Assembly (NCBI GenBank): GCA_050618055.1
Contig: JBNLVK010000291.1
Span: 12,655-76,654, forward strand
Direction of reading: 5' to 3'
Source of the DNA: Myxococcota bacterium
GTDB taxonomy: Bacteria; Myxococcota_A; UBA9160; SMWR01
DNA length: 64,000 nt
Below the pieces are notes generated by a model. The model did no database searches. It had not been told where the DNA came from and saw only the letters and a list, made by a program, of their open reading frames with translations. Shown one piece after another: positions 1 through 9,506 of this stretch (within the stretch, counting starts at the first letter, position 1; every line of letters starts with the position of its first letter). A program made the position numbers and the translations under genes.

Positions 1-2
1 CC

Positions 3-338
3 AACTACCCGGGCGAGGTGGCCGCCCGCTGGCGCTACGCCGACGGCGGCGGGGAGATCGGCGTGATCTCTTCGGTCTCGGCGCCGTTCTGCGGCGGCTG
101 CACGCGGGCGCGCCTCACCATCGAGGGAGCGCTCGTGACCTGCCTGTTCGCCGACGGCGGCGTCGACCTGCGCACCCCCCTGCGCGACGGCGAGAGCGAC
201 GACCAGATGCGCGAGCGCATCGCAAAGGTCTGGCGCGCGCGCCGCGACCGCTACTCGGAGGAGCGCGCCGCACTGACCGACGCCACGGGCCACGTCGAAG
301 CCCGCCCGAAGATCGAGATGTACCAGGTGGGCGGCTAG
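3..338 (+). CDS. moaA: GTP 3',8-cyclase MoaA, C-terminal part (5' truncated by window)
   Basis: [22 protein letters not shown]...CLF C-terminal cluster motif and terminal MYQVGG (diglycine) typical of MoaA. Confidence 0.9.
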   Translation, partial: NYPGEVAARWRYADGGGEIGVISSVSAPFCGGCTRARLTIEGALVTCLFADGGVDLRTPLRDGESDDQMRERIAKVWRARRDRYSEERAALTDATGHVEARPKIEMYQVGG

Positions 339-1123
339 CGGCTCCGCCGCCGGCGCAGGGTGTGGTAGGCGGCGTGCCACAGGCGGTGGGGGTGCCAGCG
401 GTCGGCGTCGCGCCAGTGGAAGAGGGTGCCGTGGGGCCGGGCGTCCGCTTCGGCGGGCTCCCGCGTGTAGTAGTAGAGCTGGATCGTCTTGCGCGTCGTG
501 CCGCGCGGACAGCGCAGCGCGTCGGGAAAGCCGTGGAAGGCGCGGTCGTGCACGTCGAACAGGACCGCCCGGTTGAAGGCCGGTGCGATGCGCGCCTGGC
601 AGCCGGTGAGGCGCTCGTTCCACAGCTCCAGGTCGCCGCGGTACGACGCCTGCCAGTCCCGGTTCAGGTAGAGGATCAGGTTCACGCGCCGGAAGGCGCC
701 CAGGCCGGCGTGGAAGTTGGCGTCGGCGTGGATGCCGAGCCGCGATCCGCGGCCGTAGTGGCGGAGCGCGCCGGCCCGGTCGTGGTCGGACAGCAGGTCC
801 GGGATGCCGCTCAGCGTGCCGACGAAGTCGAGGAACGTGTCGTCGCACAGCTCCCCGAGCACCCGGCGCAGGAAGGGCGGGAACGCCTCCTCGCTGTGGG
901 AGCGTCGCTTGCCGAGCCGGCGCGGCTCCTTCAGCGAGGACTCGGAGCGGAAGGTGTCGGGCGGCGGGAACTCGTGGAGGATCCGCTCGGCCGCCGGCGC
1001 CGGCAGGAAGTCGTCGAGCACGACGTGGCGGAAGGGAAGGGCCTTCGCGTAGCTCGCCCGGTGGGCCAGGGCCAGGTCGCGCAGGCGGTCGGCGTCGAGG
1101 ACGCGCGGGAGAGACCTGCTCAT
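335..1123 (-). CDS. 2OG-Fe(II) oxygenase (prolyl-4-hydroxylase-like)
   Basis: [14 protein letters not shown] facial triad (LGIHADAN), NLILYLN..W...GDLELW, HG, RK..QLYYY; ATG at 1123 overlaps upstream stop (ATGA). Confidence 0.8.
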   Translation of the reverse strand: MSRSLPRVLDADRLRDLALAHRASYAKALPFRHVVLDDFLPAPAAERILHEFPPPDTFRSESSLKEPRRLGKRRSHSEEAFPPFLRRVLGELCDDTFLDFVGTLSGIPDLLSDHDRAGALRHYGRGSRLGIHADANFHAGLGAFRRVNLILYLNRDWQASYRGDLELWNERLTGCQARIAPAFNRAVLFDVHDRAFHGFPDALRCPRGTTRKTIQLYYYTREPAEADARPHGTLFHWRDADRWHPHRLWHAAYHTLRRRRSR

Positions 1124-2037
1124 GTGGCGGGCAGCCCGGCCATGGCCCGAAGCCGGGCGATGCGCTCCACCGACGCCACCGCCGCGTCCACGTCGCACAG
1201 GGGCTCGGGGCCGCCGTCCAGGTAGGCGAGGAAGGCGCGCAGCTCGAGGAGCAGCGGCAGCTCCGTCGAGATCGCTCGCCGCTCCGGCGCGCACGGGCCG
1301 GCGCGGTCGTCGGTCCGCAGCAGCTTCACGTGGTCGGCGAGCGGGTCGTCGAGGACGCCGATGCCCCGCTCGCAGACCAGCCGCACCTCGCGACGGGTCT
1401 GCTCGCGCAGCGTGGAGACCTCCATCACGAACCAGGGATCGTCGCCGAAGCCCGCGACCATTCCGGCGCCCGACCCGCGTGCGCCCTCCGCCACCGCGAA
1501 GCGCGCCTCCGGCACCTGGCCGAGGATCGTCTCGGCGATGCTCAGGTCGTGGGGCGCGAGGATCCAGACCGCGTCGACGTCGGTATGGGGGTGGCTCCAC
1601 TGCACGCGGACGCTGTGCAGCCCCCGCACCGGACCCAGCTCTTCCGAGGTGGCCAGCTCGCGCAGGGCGCGAACGCCCGGGTGGTAGCGCCACTTCTCCA
1701 TGACGAACAGGTTCCGCCGGGTGCAGTGCTTGGCGATGCGCCGGGCGCGCTCCACATCGTGGGTGAGCGGCTTCTCGCAGTAGATGGGACGACCCGTGGC
1801 GAGCAGCGCGTCGACGACGTCCGCGTGCCGGTCCGTCGGCGTCGCGACCACGTAGCCGTCCACCGGACCGGTGACGTCGGTGGCGCTCGCGAGGGTCTCC
1901 GCCGCCAGGTCGCGGGCGTGCTCCCGCGCGGCGGCATCCGGATCGACCACCGTGACGCGTGCCCCGAGTGCCGCCAGATCGCGCAGGATGTTGCGGCCCC
2001 AGCGGCCGCAGCCGATCTGGACGATCCGATGCGTCAT
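1120..2037 (-). CDS. Gfo/Idh/MocA family oxidoreductase
   Basis: GCGRWG Rossmann motif, VATP..H, CEKPL, APHD. Confidence 0.85.
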   Translation of the reverse strand: MTHRIVQIGCGRWGRNILRDLAALGARVTVVDPDAAAREHARDLAAETLASATDVTGPVDGYVVATPTDRHADVVDALLATGRPIYCEKPLTHDVERARRIAKHCTRRNLFVMEKWRYHPGVRALRELATSEELGPVRGLHSVRVQWSHPHTDVDAVWILAPHDLSIAETILGQVPEARFAVAEGARGSGAGMVAGFGDDPWFVMEVSTLREQTRREVRLVCERGIGVLDDPLADHVKLLRTDDRAGPCAPERRAISTELPLLLELRAFLAYLDGGPEPLCDVDAAVASVERIARLRAMAGLPAT

Positions 2038-2111
2038 GCAGACAGGTCTCCCGGGGCCGGCAGTGTAGCCGCGGTCGCCGCCGCGAGGGGACCCCCGGTA
2101 CACTGCGCGCG

Positions 2112-2942
2112 ATGCCGGAAGCGACCGTGCTGATCCCCACCCACGACCACGGTCGCCTGCTGGCGCGCAGCGTGGCGTCGGTGCAGCGCCAGACGCTCTC
2201 CGACGTCGAGATCCTGATCATCGGCGACGGCGCGACCGAGGAGACGCGCGAGACGGCGCACGCCCTGGCCGGCGCCGACGAGCGCATCCGCTTCTTCGAT
2301 CGCGAGAAGAGTCCGCGCACCGGCGAGCCCTACCGGCACGAGGTCCTCCAGGACGCGCGCGGGGGGTTCGTGAGCTACCTCGCCGACGACGACCTGTGGC
2401 TGCCCCATCACCTCGAGGGCATGCGGGACCTGCTGGGCGAGGCCGACTTCGCCAACGCCTTCATGCTGCGCGTGCACGCCGACGGGAGGCTCGAGCCCTT
2501 CTTCTGCGACCTCTCCGAGCCCCTCTACGTCGCGCGCCACCGGGACGAGCGCCGGCCGAAGAACTACATGCCCCTGTCGTCGGTGTCGCACCGGCTCGAC
2601 GCCTACCGCAGGCTGCCGCACGGCTGGCGGACGACGCCGGGCGGCGTCCCCACCGACCTCCACATGTGGCGGCAGTGGCTGGCGGCCGACGGCATGCGCT
2701 TCGCCAGCGCCTCGCGCGCGTCGGTGCTCAACTTCCCCGACGGAGAGCGCCGGCAGCAGGCGCTGGCGGACCGCGATGCGGAGCTTCTCGCGTGGCTCGA
2801 TCGGATCGGGACGGTGGAGGGTCGGCTGGAGATCGCGGAGCAGATCGTCGCCGACCTGCGCGCGCGCGTCCTGCGCGAGAAGCTGAGGCCGGCCCGCACC
2901 TTCCGGAGCCTGTTCGGGCTGCTGGGCGACCGCCGCCGCTAG
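2112..2942 (+). CDS. Glycosyltransferase family 2
   Basis: VLIPTHD, SV..QT, IIGDG, YLADDD DxD motif. Confidence 0.85.
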   Translation: MPEATVLIPTHDHGRLLARSVASVQRQTLSDVEILIIGDGATEETRETAHALAGADERIRFFDREKSPRTGEPYRHEVLQDARGGFVSYLADDDLWLPHHLEGMRDLLGEADFANAFMLRVHADGRLEPFFCDLSEPLYVARHRDERRPKNYMPLSSVSHRLDAYRRLPHGWRTTPGGVPTDLHMWRQWLAADGMRFASASRASVLNFPDGERRQQALADRDAELLAWLDRIGTVEGRLEIAEQIVADLRARVLREKLRPARTFRSLFGLLGDRRR

Positions 2943-3514
2943 CCGCCGAAGCGGCCGAAGCCGGGCTGGTGCGGCTCGAGCTGCGCGAGCAGGTCGACGA
3001 AGGGCGGGGCGGTCGCGTCCCGCTCCGAGACGATCGGATCGCGTACCTCGGGAAACAGCAGGGCCGCCGTGTCGTCCCAGCGGTAGCCCAGGTCGTCGGC
3101 GGGATCGAAGTACTCGCTGGCGGCGACACAGAGAAGCGACGCCTCCGGAGTGTAGAAGCCGTGGGCCACGCCCGGCGGAATGCGGAGCAGCCGCGGCGAT
3201 CCGGCGTCGACCGCGATGCACGCGTCCTTCAGGTGGGTCGGGGAGCCGCGGCGCAGGTCCTTCAGGCCGATGATCGCTGCGCCGTCCAGGACCGATACGT
3301 AGTCGGTGTGCCGGATGTGGACGTGGACCCCGCGCAGGCTGTTCCCGGTGGATCGGATCACGTTCCACTGGCGGGGGGCGGCCGCGTCGACCCAGTCGCT
3401 GCGGAACACCTCGGTGAGCTCGCCTCGCTCGTCGCGATGCGACTCGAGAACGAACGTCGAGACCCCCTCGATGGTTTCGCAGGAAGTCCAGCTCCCTCGG
3501 ACGGTCGAATCCAT
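2939..3514 (-). CDS. rmlC: dTDP-4-dehydrorhamnose 3,5-epimerase family (RmlC-like)
   Basis: DERG, LRGVH, DLRRGSPT, IPPGVAHGF, RWDD, SERD motifs. Confidence 0.8.
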   Translation of the reverse strand: MDSTVRGSWTSCETIEGVSTFVLESHRDERGELTEVFRSDWVDAAAPRQWNVIRSTGNSLRGVHVHIRHTDYVSVLDGAAIIGLKDLRRGSPTHLKDACIAVDAGSPRLLRIPPGVAHGFYTPEASLLCVAASEYFDPADDLGYRWDDTAALLFPEVRDPIVSERDATAPPFVDLLAQLEPHQPGFGRFGG

Positions 3515-3574
3515 GCCCCCATTCCCCCTTTGCCCGCGCGATTACACCGCGCCGCAGGAAAGGGGTCAAGGAGC

Positions 3575-4708
3575 CTACGACGCCTCTTCGCCCTCGGCCC
3601 ACGCGTCCAGCCGGGCCATGGTGTCCGCGTACTCCATGGCGAACTCCTCCATCACCGAGCGCACGCTCTTCACGTGGTTCATCGAGCCGACGATCTGTCC
3701 CACGTAGTAGTTGATGAGCTGGGCGGCGCCCGGGTTCTTGTGGGCGTGGTGGGCGATGCGCGCCAGCGCCTCGGCGGCCAGCCGCGGCTGGAGCGGCATG
3801 GGCAGCGGATCCGGGTTGTCCGGATCGTTCCAGGCGTCGGTCCAGGCGCTGCGCAGCTGGCGCGCCGGCTTGCCGGTGGTGGAACGCGAGCGCAGCGTGT
3901 CGCGCGACGTCGCCTTCAGGAACTTCTCCTTCACCACCGGGTGGGTCTCGGCCTCCTCGGTGGTGAGCCAGACCGATCCGGTCCACACGCCCTGGGCGCC
4001 CAGGGCCAGCGCCGCGGTCAGCTGGCGGCCGCCGCCGATGCCGCCGGCGGCGAGCACCGGCAGGGGCGCCACCGCGTCGACCACCTCGGGCACCAGCACC
4101 ATGGTCGAGATGTCGCCGGTGTGGCCGCCGGCCTCGTAGCCCTGGGCGATGATCAGGTCGGCGCCGGCCTCGGCGTGGCGCCGCGCGTGCTCGACCGTGC
4201 CGGCCAGCGCCGCCACGCGCACGCCCCGGGCGTTGCCCTGCTCGATCATCCACGCCGGCGGCGGACCCAGCGCGCTGGCGATCAGGCTGATGTTGCGGCT
4301 GAACAGCAGCTCGATCACCTCGCGCTGCTCCTCGAAGCCCACCCGGAACTGGTCGCGCGCGGTCTGGTCCGGCGGCAGCGGCGGCACGTCGTGCTCGGCG
4401 AGGATGCGGTCGACGAACTTGCGGTGCTCCTCGGGAATGCGCGAGTCGAGCTCGCCGCCCTCGAGGCCGCCGCTCCGGTCGCTGCCCACGTACTTGGCGG
4501 GCAGCAGCAGGTCGACGCCGTCGGGCTTGTCGCCCACCCCCTTCTCGATCCAGTCGAGCTCGGCCTCGAGGCCGGCGGCCGAGTGGCCGGCCACGCCCAG
4601 CACGCCGAGTCCGCCGGCCTTCGAGACGGCGGCGGCGACGTCGCGGCAGTGGGTGAACGCGAAGATGGGGAACTCGAGCCCCATCTCCTTCGCGAGCCTG
4701 GTATGCAT
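3575..4708 (-). CDS. Nitronate monooxygenase / FabK-like FMN oxidoreductase
   Basis: FPIFAFTHCRDV, AQGYEAGGHTG, AAGGIG, GVWTGSVWL; RBS GGAGG upstream of ATG 4708. Confidence 0.85.
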   Translation of the reverse strand: MHTRLAKEMGLEFPIFAFTHCRDVAAAVSKAGGLGVLGVAGHSAAGLEAELDWIEKGVGDKPDGVDLLLPAKYVGSDRSGGLEGGELDSRIPEEHRKFVDRILAEHDVPPLPPDQTARDQFRVGFEEQREVIELLFSRNISLIASALGPPPAWMIEQGNARGVRVAALAGTVEHARRHAEAGADLIIAQGYEAGGHTGDISTMVLVPEVVDAVAPLPVLAAGGIGGGRQLTAALALGAQGVWTGSVWLTTEEAETHPVVKEKFLKATSRDTLRSRSTTGKPARQLRSAWTDAWNDPDNPDPLPMPLQPRLAAEALARIAHHAHKNPGAAQLINYYVGQIVGSMNHVKSVRSVMEEFAMEYADTMARLDAWAEGEEAS

Positions 4709-4716
4709 GGGTCCTC

Positions 4717-5805
4717 CTACGAGGCCTGGGCCAGGCCCTGGAGCGCGGCGGCGCGTTCGCGCAGCAGCTCCGGACCGCCCAGCAGGTGTCGCGCCACGCC
4801 GATGCGCTTGAACCAGAAGTGGAGGTTCTGCTCGTCGGTCCAGCCGATGCCGCCGTGCACCTGGGTGGCGACGCTGGCGATCTCGCGCCCGATCTCCGAG
4901 ACGTGGGCCAGCGCGTGGCAGGCCATCAGCGGCGCCTCGTCGGGCAGCGCGTCGAAGGCGTGGGCCGCGTACCAGACCAGCGACCGCGCCGGCTCGAGCT
5001 CGGCGATCATCTCGGCGCACATGTGCTTCACCGCCTGGAAGGAGCCGATCAGCCGGTCGAACTGCTTGCGCTGCTGGGCATAGGCCACCGCCTGGGAGAT
5101 CATCGACTCGCAGGCGCCGAAGGTGTCGGCGGCCAGCGCGATGCGGCCGGCGTCGAGCATGCGCGCGATCGCCCCCGACGCGCCCTCGAAGAGCGCCTCG
5201 GGCACGACGCCGTCGAGCACGACCTCGGAGGTGCAGCGGGTGGCGTCGGTGGTGGGAAGGCGCGTCGTGCTCAGGCCCGCCGCGTCGCCGGCCACGACCG
5301 CCAACGCGTCGTCGCCCACCGACAGCAGCAGGCGCTCCGCGTGCAGTGCGTCGAGCACCATCAGCGCCTTGCCGGAAAGCCTGCCGCCCGCCAGCGCGAT
5401 ACCGGCCTCCTCGCGCACCGAGAAGGTCTCGGTGGCACCGACGCCGCACACCCGGTCGCCGGCGGCGATCGGACCCAGCTCGGCCAGCGCCGCGTCGCTG
5501 CCGATCTCGCGCAGCGCCACCGGCGCCATCACCGCCGAGGACAGGAAGGGTGCGGGCGTCACCGCGTGGCCCAGCGACTGGGCGACCAGCGCCGCGTCGA
5601 GCAGCCCGAGTCCGCTGCCGCCCTGGGCCTCGGGCACCAGCACGCCGGTCACGCCCATCTCGGCCAGCTGCTTCCACACCGCCCGGTCGTTCGGGCAGTC
5701 GGCGTCGCGCAGCTCGCGCACGCGGGTGATCGGCACCTTGTCGGCCAGGAAGCCGCGGACGGTCTCCTCGAGCAGCTTCTGGTCGTCCGAGAGTCCGAAG
5801 TCCAT
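4717..5805 (-). CDS. Acyl-CoA dehydrogenase family protein (short subunit of a two-gene ACAD pair)
   Basis: MDFGLSDDQ start, RKQFDRLIGSFQAVKH, QVHGGIGWTDE. Confidence 0.9.
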   Translation of the reverse strand: MDFGLSDDQKLLEETVRGFLADKVPITRVRELRDADCPNDRAVWKQLAEMGVTGVLVPEAQGGSGLGLLDAALVAQSLGHAVTPAPFLSSAVMAPVALREIGSDAALAELGPIAAGDRVCGVGATETFSVREEAGIALAGGRLSGKALMVLDALHAERLLLSVGDDALAVVAGDAAGLSTTRLPTTDATRCTSEVVLDGVVPEALFEGASGAIARMLDAGRIALAADTFGACESMISQAVAYAQQRKQFDRLIGSFQAVKHMCAEMIAELEPARSLVWYAAHAFDALPDEAPLMACHALAHVSEIGREIASVATQVHGGIGWTDEQNLHFWFKRIGVARHLLGGPELLRERAAALQGLAQAS

Positions 5806-5813
5806 GTCTGCTC

Positions 5814-7010
5814 CTACGCCTGGGCCGGCTTCGGCTCGCGGGGAAGGCCCAGGCCGCGCTCCGAGATGATGTTCTTCTGGATCTGGGCCGTACCGCCGCC
5901 GATGATCAGGCCCAGCGAGAAGAACGAGTGGGCCTGCCAGTAGCCGCGCTCGCGCTCGTACTTGCTGTGGTCGTAGAGCGCGCCCAGCTCGCCCATCACG
6001 TCGATGGCCAGCGCCGACATGTCGAAGTTGAGCTGGCAGTTCTGGAGCTTGGTCACCAGCCCCGCCACGCCCGGCGACTCGCCCTTCAGGCTGCACGTCA
6101 GCATGCGCATGCCGTGGTGCTTCATGCTGAGCGCGCGGGCCTGCAGGCGCATCAGCCGGTCGCGGTAGACGGGGCTCTCCATGGCCGACACGCCGTTGCT
6201 GGTCTCCCGCTCCATCAGGCGCGACAGCCGCATCCAGGTGCCCTCGGCGTTGCTGTTCAGGCTGTTGCGCTCGTGCTTGAGCGTGGTGTTGGCGATCTTC
6301 CAGCCCTCGCCGCGCCTGCCCACCAGGTTGCTCTGGGGGACGCGCACGTCGCTGAAGAACACCTGGTTGAAGGAGTTCTCGCCGATGTCGCCCGACATGG
6401 TGCGCAGCGGCTGCACCTCGATGCCGGGGGCGTCCATGGGCGCGAGGATGTAGCTGATGCCGGCGTGCTTCTTGGCGTCGGGCTCGGTGCGCACCAGCAC
6501 GAAGATCATGTCCGACTTGTCCGCCGTGCTCGTCCAGATCTTCTGGCCGTTGATCACGAAGTCGTCGCCGTCGGTGTGGGCGCGCGTCTGGAGGCTGGCC
6601 AGGTCGCTGCCGCTGCCCGGCTCCGAGTAGCCCTGGCACCACATGATCTCGCCGCGCAGCGTCGGGCCGATCCAGCGCTTCTTCTGCTCCTCGGTGCCGT
6701 GCTCGAGCAGCGTCGGCACCAGCATCGACGGGCCCTGGGCGTTCAGTCCGCGGACCACGCCGGCGCGGTTGAACTCCTCGTCCATGATCACCGTCTCGAG
6801 CAGGTCGGGCTCTGCGCCATGGCCGCCGTACTCCTTGGGGATCGTGCGCGCCCAGTAGCCGTGCTCGATCTGGAGCGCCAGCCACTTCGGCAGCTCGTCG
6901 CGCCGCTCCTCGAAGGCCCCCGGCCTGGGACGGGCGTCCTTCGTCTTCTCCAGGAAGTCGCGCACCTCCCGGCGGAAGGCCTCGTACTTCTCTCCGTAGC
7001 TGAGGTCCAT
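5814..7010 (-). CDS. Acyl-CoA dehydrogenase
   Basis: WCQGYSEPGSGSDLASL, NGQKIWTS, IGGGTAQIQKNII. Confidence 0.92.
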   Translation of the reverse strand: MDLSYGEKYEAFRREVRDFLEKTKDARPRPGAFEERRDELPKWLALQIEHGYWARTIPKEYGGHGAEPDLLETVIMDEEFNRAGVVRGLNAQGPSMLVPTLLEHGTEEQKKRWIGPTLRGEIMWCQGYSEPGSGSDLASLQTRAHTDGDDFVINGQKIWTSTADKSDMIFVLVRTEPDAKKHAGISYILAPMDAPGIEVQPLRTMSGDIGENSFNQVFFSDVRVPQSNLVGRRGEGWKIANTTLKHERNSLNSNAEGTWMRLSRLMERETSNGVSAMESPVYRDRLMRLQARALSMKHHGMRMLTCSLKGESPGVAGLVTKLQNCQLNFDMSALAIDVMGELGALYDHSKYERERGYWQAHSFFSLGLIIGGGTAQIQKNIISERGLGLPREPKPAQA

Positions 7011-7020
7011 GCTCTCCTCC

Positions 7021-7818
7021 TCAGGCGCCCTTGCGCGTTCCCGGCGCCGGCGGGTCGACCGGTCCGCCGGCGAAGCACTGGGCGATCGACATCCAGCGCG
7101 TCGCCACCGGTCCCTTCACCTCGAGCGCGGTGTCGGCGACGTTGCGTCCCTGGGTCACCACGTGGCAGAAGTCGACGGCGGTGCCCTTCACGAACTCCTC
7201 GTCCGACGGCTCGCCGAACTCCCAGACGGCGCCCGACGGAGCCTCGAGGCGCACGTAGGGCGGCGGGCCGGGCGGCTTCTCGCCGCGGTTGGCGAAGGTC
7301 CAGCCGAAGGTCTTCACGCCGATGACGGCGATGTTCCGGATGCGGTCGGTGTAGTGGCGCTTCACGCCCAGCAGGTCATGGATCTCCTGGGCGTGGGCCC
7401 AGGTCTCCATGTAGCGGGCGGTGGTGAACATGCGCACGCCCATGTCCGGTCCGAACCAGGGCAGCCGCCGCGTGGGCTCCGACTCGCCGAGCTGGGTGGC
7501 CATGTCCAGGCCGGTCTCGCGCCAGCGCTCGATCAGCTCGTCGGGAGCGACGTCGCCGAAGCGCTCGCGGGCCAGCTCCTGGTTGGTGCGTCCCGCGGAG
7601 ATGGCCTCGAACAGCGCCTTGCGCTCCGGCGCGAACACCTCCTCGCCCTGGAGCGCCACCAGCGAGACCAGGTCGAAGTAGTGCAGGTGGGCGACCACGT
7701 CCCAGGGCGTCCAGTCCATGAAGCCGGTGGGCCGGCTCCAGTCCTCGGGCGCGAGCGTCGCCAGGAAGGCGCCCAGCTCCTCCATCTCGTCGATCAGGTC
7801 GCGCGCTTCCTGGAGCAC
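7021..7818 (-). CDS. TIGR03084-type metal-binding protein (MDMPI/DinB superfamily)
   Basis: WTPWDVVAHL, LPWFGPDM, ARYMETWAH, IAQCFAG. Confidence 0.8.
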   Translation of the reverse strand: MLQEARDLIDEMEELGAFLATLAPEDWSRPTGFMDWTPWDVVAHLHYFDLVSLVALQGEEVFAPERKALFEAISAGRTNQELARERFGDVAPDELIERWRETGLDMATQLGESEPTRRLPWFGPDMGVRMFTTARYMETWAHAQEIHDLLGVKRHYTDRIRNIAVIGVKTFGWTFANRGEKPPGPPPYVRLEAPSGAVWEFGEPSDEEFVKGTAVDFCHVVTQGRNVADTALEVKGPVATRWMSIAQCFAGGPVDPPAPGTRKGA

Positions 7819-7820
7819 GG

Positions 7821-8594
7821 CTACTCCTCCTCGGCCCAGGCGGCCTTGCGCTTGCCCAGGAAGGCGGCCATGCCCTCCTTCGCCTCGTCGCCGCGGAACA
7901 GGTCCGCCGACAGCCGCGAGGTCCACTGGAAGGCCTCCTTCTGGCTCATGGCCGGCACCTGCCGGACCAGCTGCTTGGCGAAGCCCAGCGCGTTCGGGCC
8001 GCCCTTGCGCAGGTCGGCCAGCACCTCCTCGACGGCGGCGTCGAGCCGCTCGCCCGGCACCGCCCGGTTGATCAGCCCCAGCTCGGCCGCCTTCGACGCC
8101 GGGAAGCGGTTGCCGCGCAGGAACGCCTCCATCGCCTCGCCGCGGCGCATCTTGGGCAGGCACACCACCGAGATGATCGCCGGAGCCACGCCCAGCCTCA
8201 CCTCGGTGAAGCCGAACTTCACGTCCTCGCGGGCGATCGAGATGTCGAGCGCCGACGCCAGGCCGTTGCCGCCGCCCACCACGTGGCCGTCGATGCGCCC
8301 GACGATCGGCGTGGCCGAGGTCTGGATCGCCTCGAGCAGGTCCTCGAAGCCGCGACCGCTCGGCTGGGCGCCCGCGTCCTTCGCCCCGGAGCGCTCCTTC
8401 AGGTTCGCGCCGGCGCAGAAGGTCGAGCCCTCGTTGGTCACCACGACCGCGCGGATCGCCGGGTCGGCGTTGGCCGCCTCGATGGCGTCCAGCAGGCCGT
8501 CGATCAGGGCCGCGCCCAGGGCGTTGCGGTTGTCCACGTCGACCAGCGTGGCGGTCATCACGCCGCGCTCCGTCGTCACCTTCACCGGCTCCAT
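7821..8594 (-). CDS. Enoyl-CoA hydratase (isohexenylglutaconyl/methylglutaconyl-CoA hydratase-like)
   Basis: FCAGANL, GGGNGL, FTEVRLGVAPA, EGMAAFL. Confidence 0.88.
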   Translation of the reverse strand: MEPVKVTTERGVMTATLVDVDNRNALGAALIDGLLDAIEAANADPAIRAVVVTNEGSTFCAGANLKERSGAKDAGAQPSGRGFEDLLEAIQTSATPIVGRIDGHVVGGGNGLASALDISIAREDVKFGFTEVRLGVAPAIISVVCLPKMRRGEAMEAFLRGNRFPASKAAELGLINRAVPGERLDAAVEEVLADLRKGGPNALGFAKQLVRQVPAMSQKEAFQWTSRLSADLFRGDEAKEGMAAFLGKRKAAWAEEE

Positions 8595-8603
8595 CGGATC
8601 CTC

Positions 8604-9383
8604 CTAGCGTCCCTCGAAGGCGGGCTCGCGCTTCTCGAGGAAGGCGGCCACGCCCTCGCGCGTGTCCTGGCTGGTCAGGTTCACCGACTGCGCGCTCGCC
8701 TCGGCGGAGAGGGCCTCGCCGAGGCTCGACGTCAGGCCGTCGTTCAGCAGCCGCTTCGAGAGCTGGAGCGCCAGCGGCGGACCCGCGGCCAGCCGGTCCG
8801 CCCAGTCGTCGACGAAGGCGTCGAGCTCGGCGTCGGGCACCACCCGGTTCACGAGGCCCAGCTCGCTGGCCTGCTTCGCGTCGAGGATCTCGGCGAACAG
8901 CGCCAGCTCCTTGGCCTTGTGCAGGCCGACCAGCCGCGGCAGCAGCCAGCTGCCGCCGAAGTCGAGGGAGAGGGCGCGCCGGGCGAACACCTCCGAGAAG
9001 CGCGCGTTCTCGCTGGCGACGACCAGGTCGCAGCCCAGCGCCAGGTTCATGCCCGCGCCCACCGCGTCGCCGCGCACCTTCGCGATGCTGGGGACGTTCA
9101 GGTCGTGCAGCGCCTGGGCGCAGGCGTTCACGACCTGCATGCTGTGGATCGGGTGGCTCTGCTCGCCGCCGGTGTCGCTGGCCGACAGGTCCGCCCCGGC
9201 GCAGAAGGCGCCGCCGGCGCCGGTCACCACGAGCACCCGGTCGTTCGGGTCGTTGCGCACCTCCTGGAAGACCTGGCGCAGCGGCTCCCACAGCGTGCCG
9301 GGGATGGCATTCTTCCGGCGCGGCCGGTTCAGGGTGAGGGTGACGACGCCGCGCTCGCTGCGCTCGACGAGGAAGTCGGCCAA
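8604..9383 (-). CDS. Enoyl-CoA hydratase/isomerase
   Basis: TLNRP.RKNA, FCAGADL, GAGMNLALGCD, EGVAAFLEKREP.F.GR; TTG start approximate. Confidence 0.88.
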   Translation of the reverse strand: MADFLVERSERGVVTLTLNRPRRKNAIPGTLWEPLRQVFQEVRNDPNDRVLVVTGAGGAFCAGADLSASDTGGEQSHPIHSMQVVNACAQALHDLNVPSIAKVRGDAVGAGMNLALGCDLVVASENARFSEVFARRALSLDFGGSWLLPRLVGLHKAKELALFAEILDAKQASELGLVNRVVPDAELDAFVDDWADRLAAGPPLALQLSKRLLNDGLTSSLGEALSAEASAQSVNLTSQDTREGVAAFLEKREPAFEGR

Positions 9384-9442
9384 GGGGGGCCTCCCGGGCG
9401 GTGCGCTCCTGGGACAGGAGGGTAATTCTTGTTGCGCTCTGT

Positions 9443-9456
9443 TACCACCAATGGTA
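9443..9456. promoter_or_regulatory. Short palindrome TACCA-N4-TGGTA in the AT-rich divergent promoter region; candidate operator
   Basis: TACCACCAATGGTA between divergent ECH and carboxylase operons. Confidence 0.35.
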
Positions 9457-9506
9457 GGAATCGTCAATCCAATTCCCGAGCCCACCCTGGAGGTCGAGGA
9501 GCCCCC

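Noticed and set aside
335..3514. Novel glycan pathway
   Set aside because: Common family members (2OG oxygenase, Gfo/Idh/MocA, GT2, RmlC) in mixed orientation; nothing distinctive beyond ordinary surface-glycan genes
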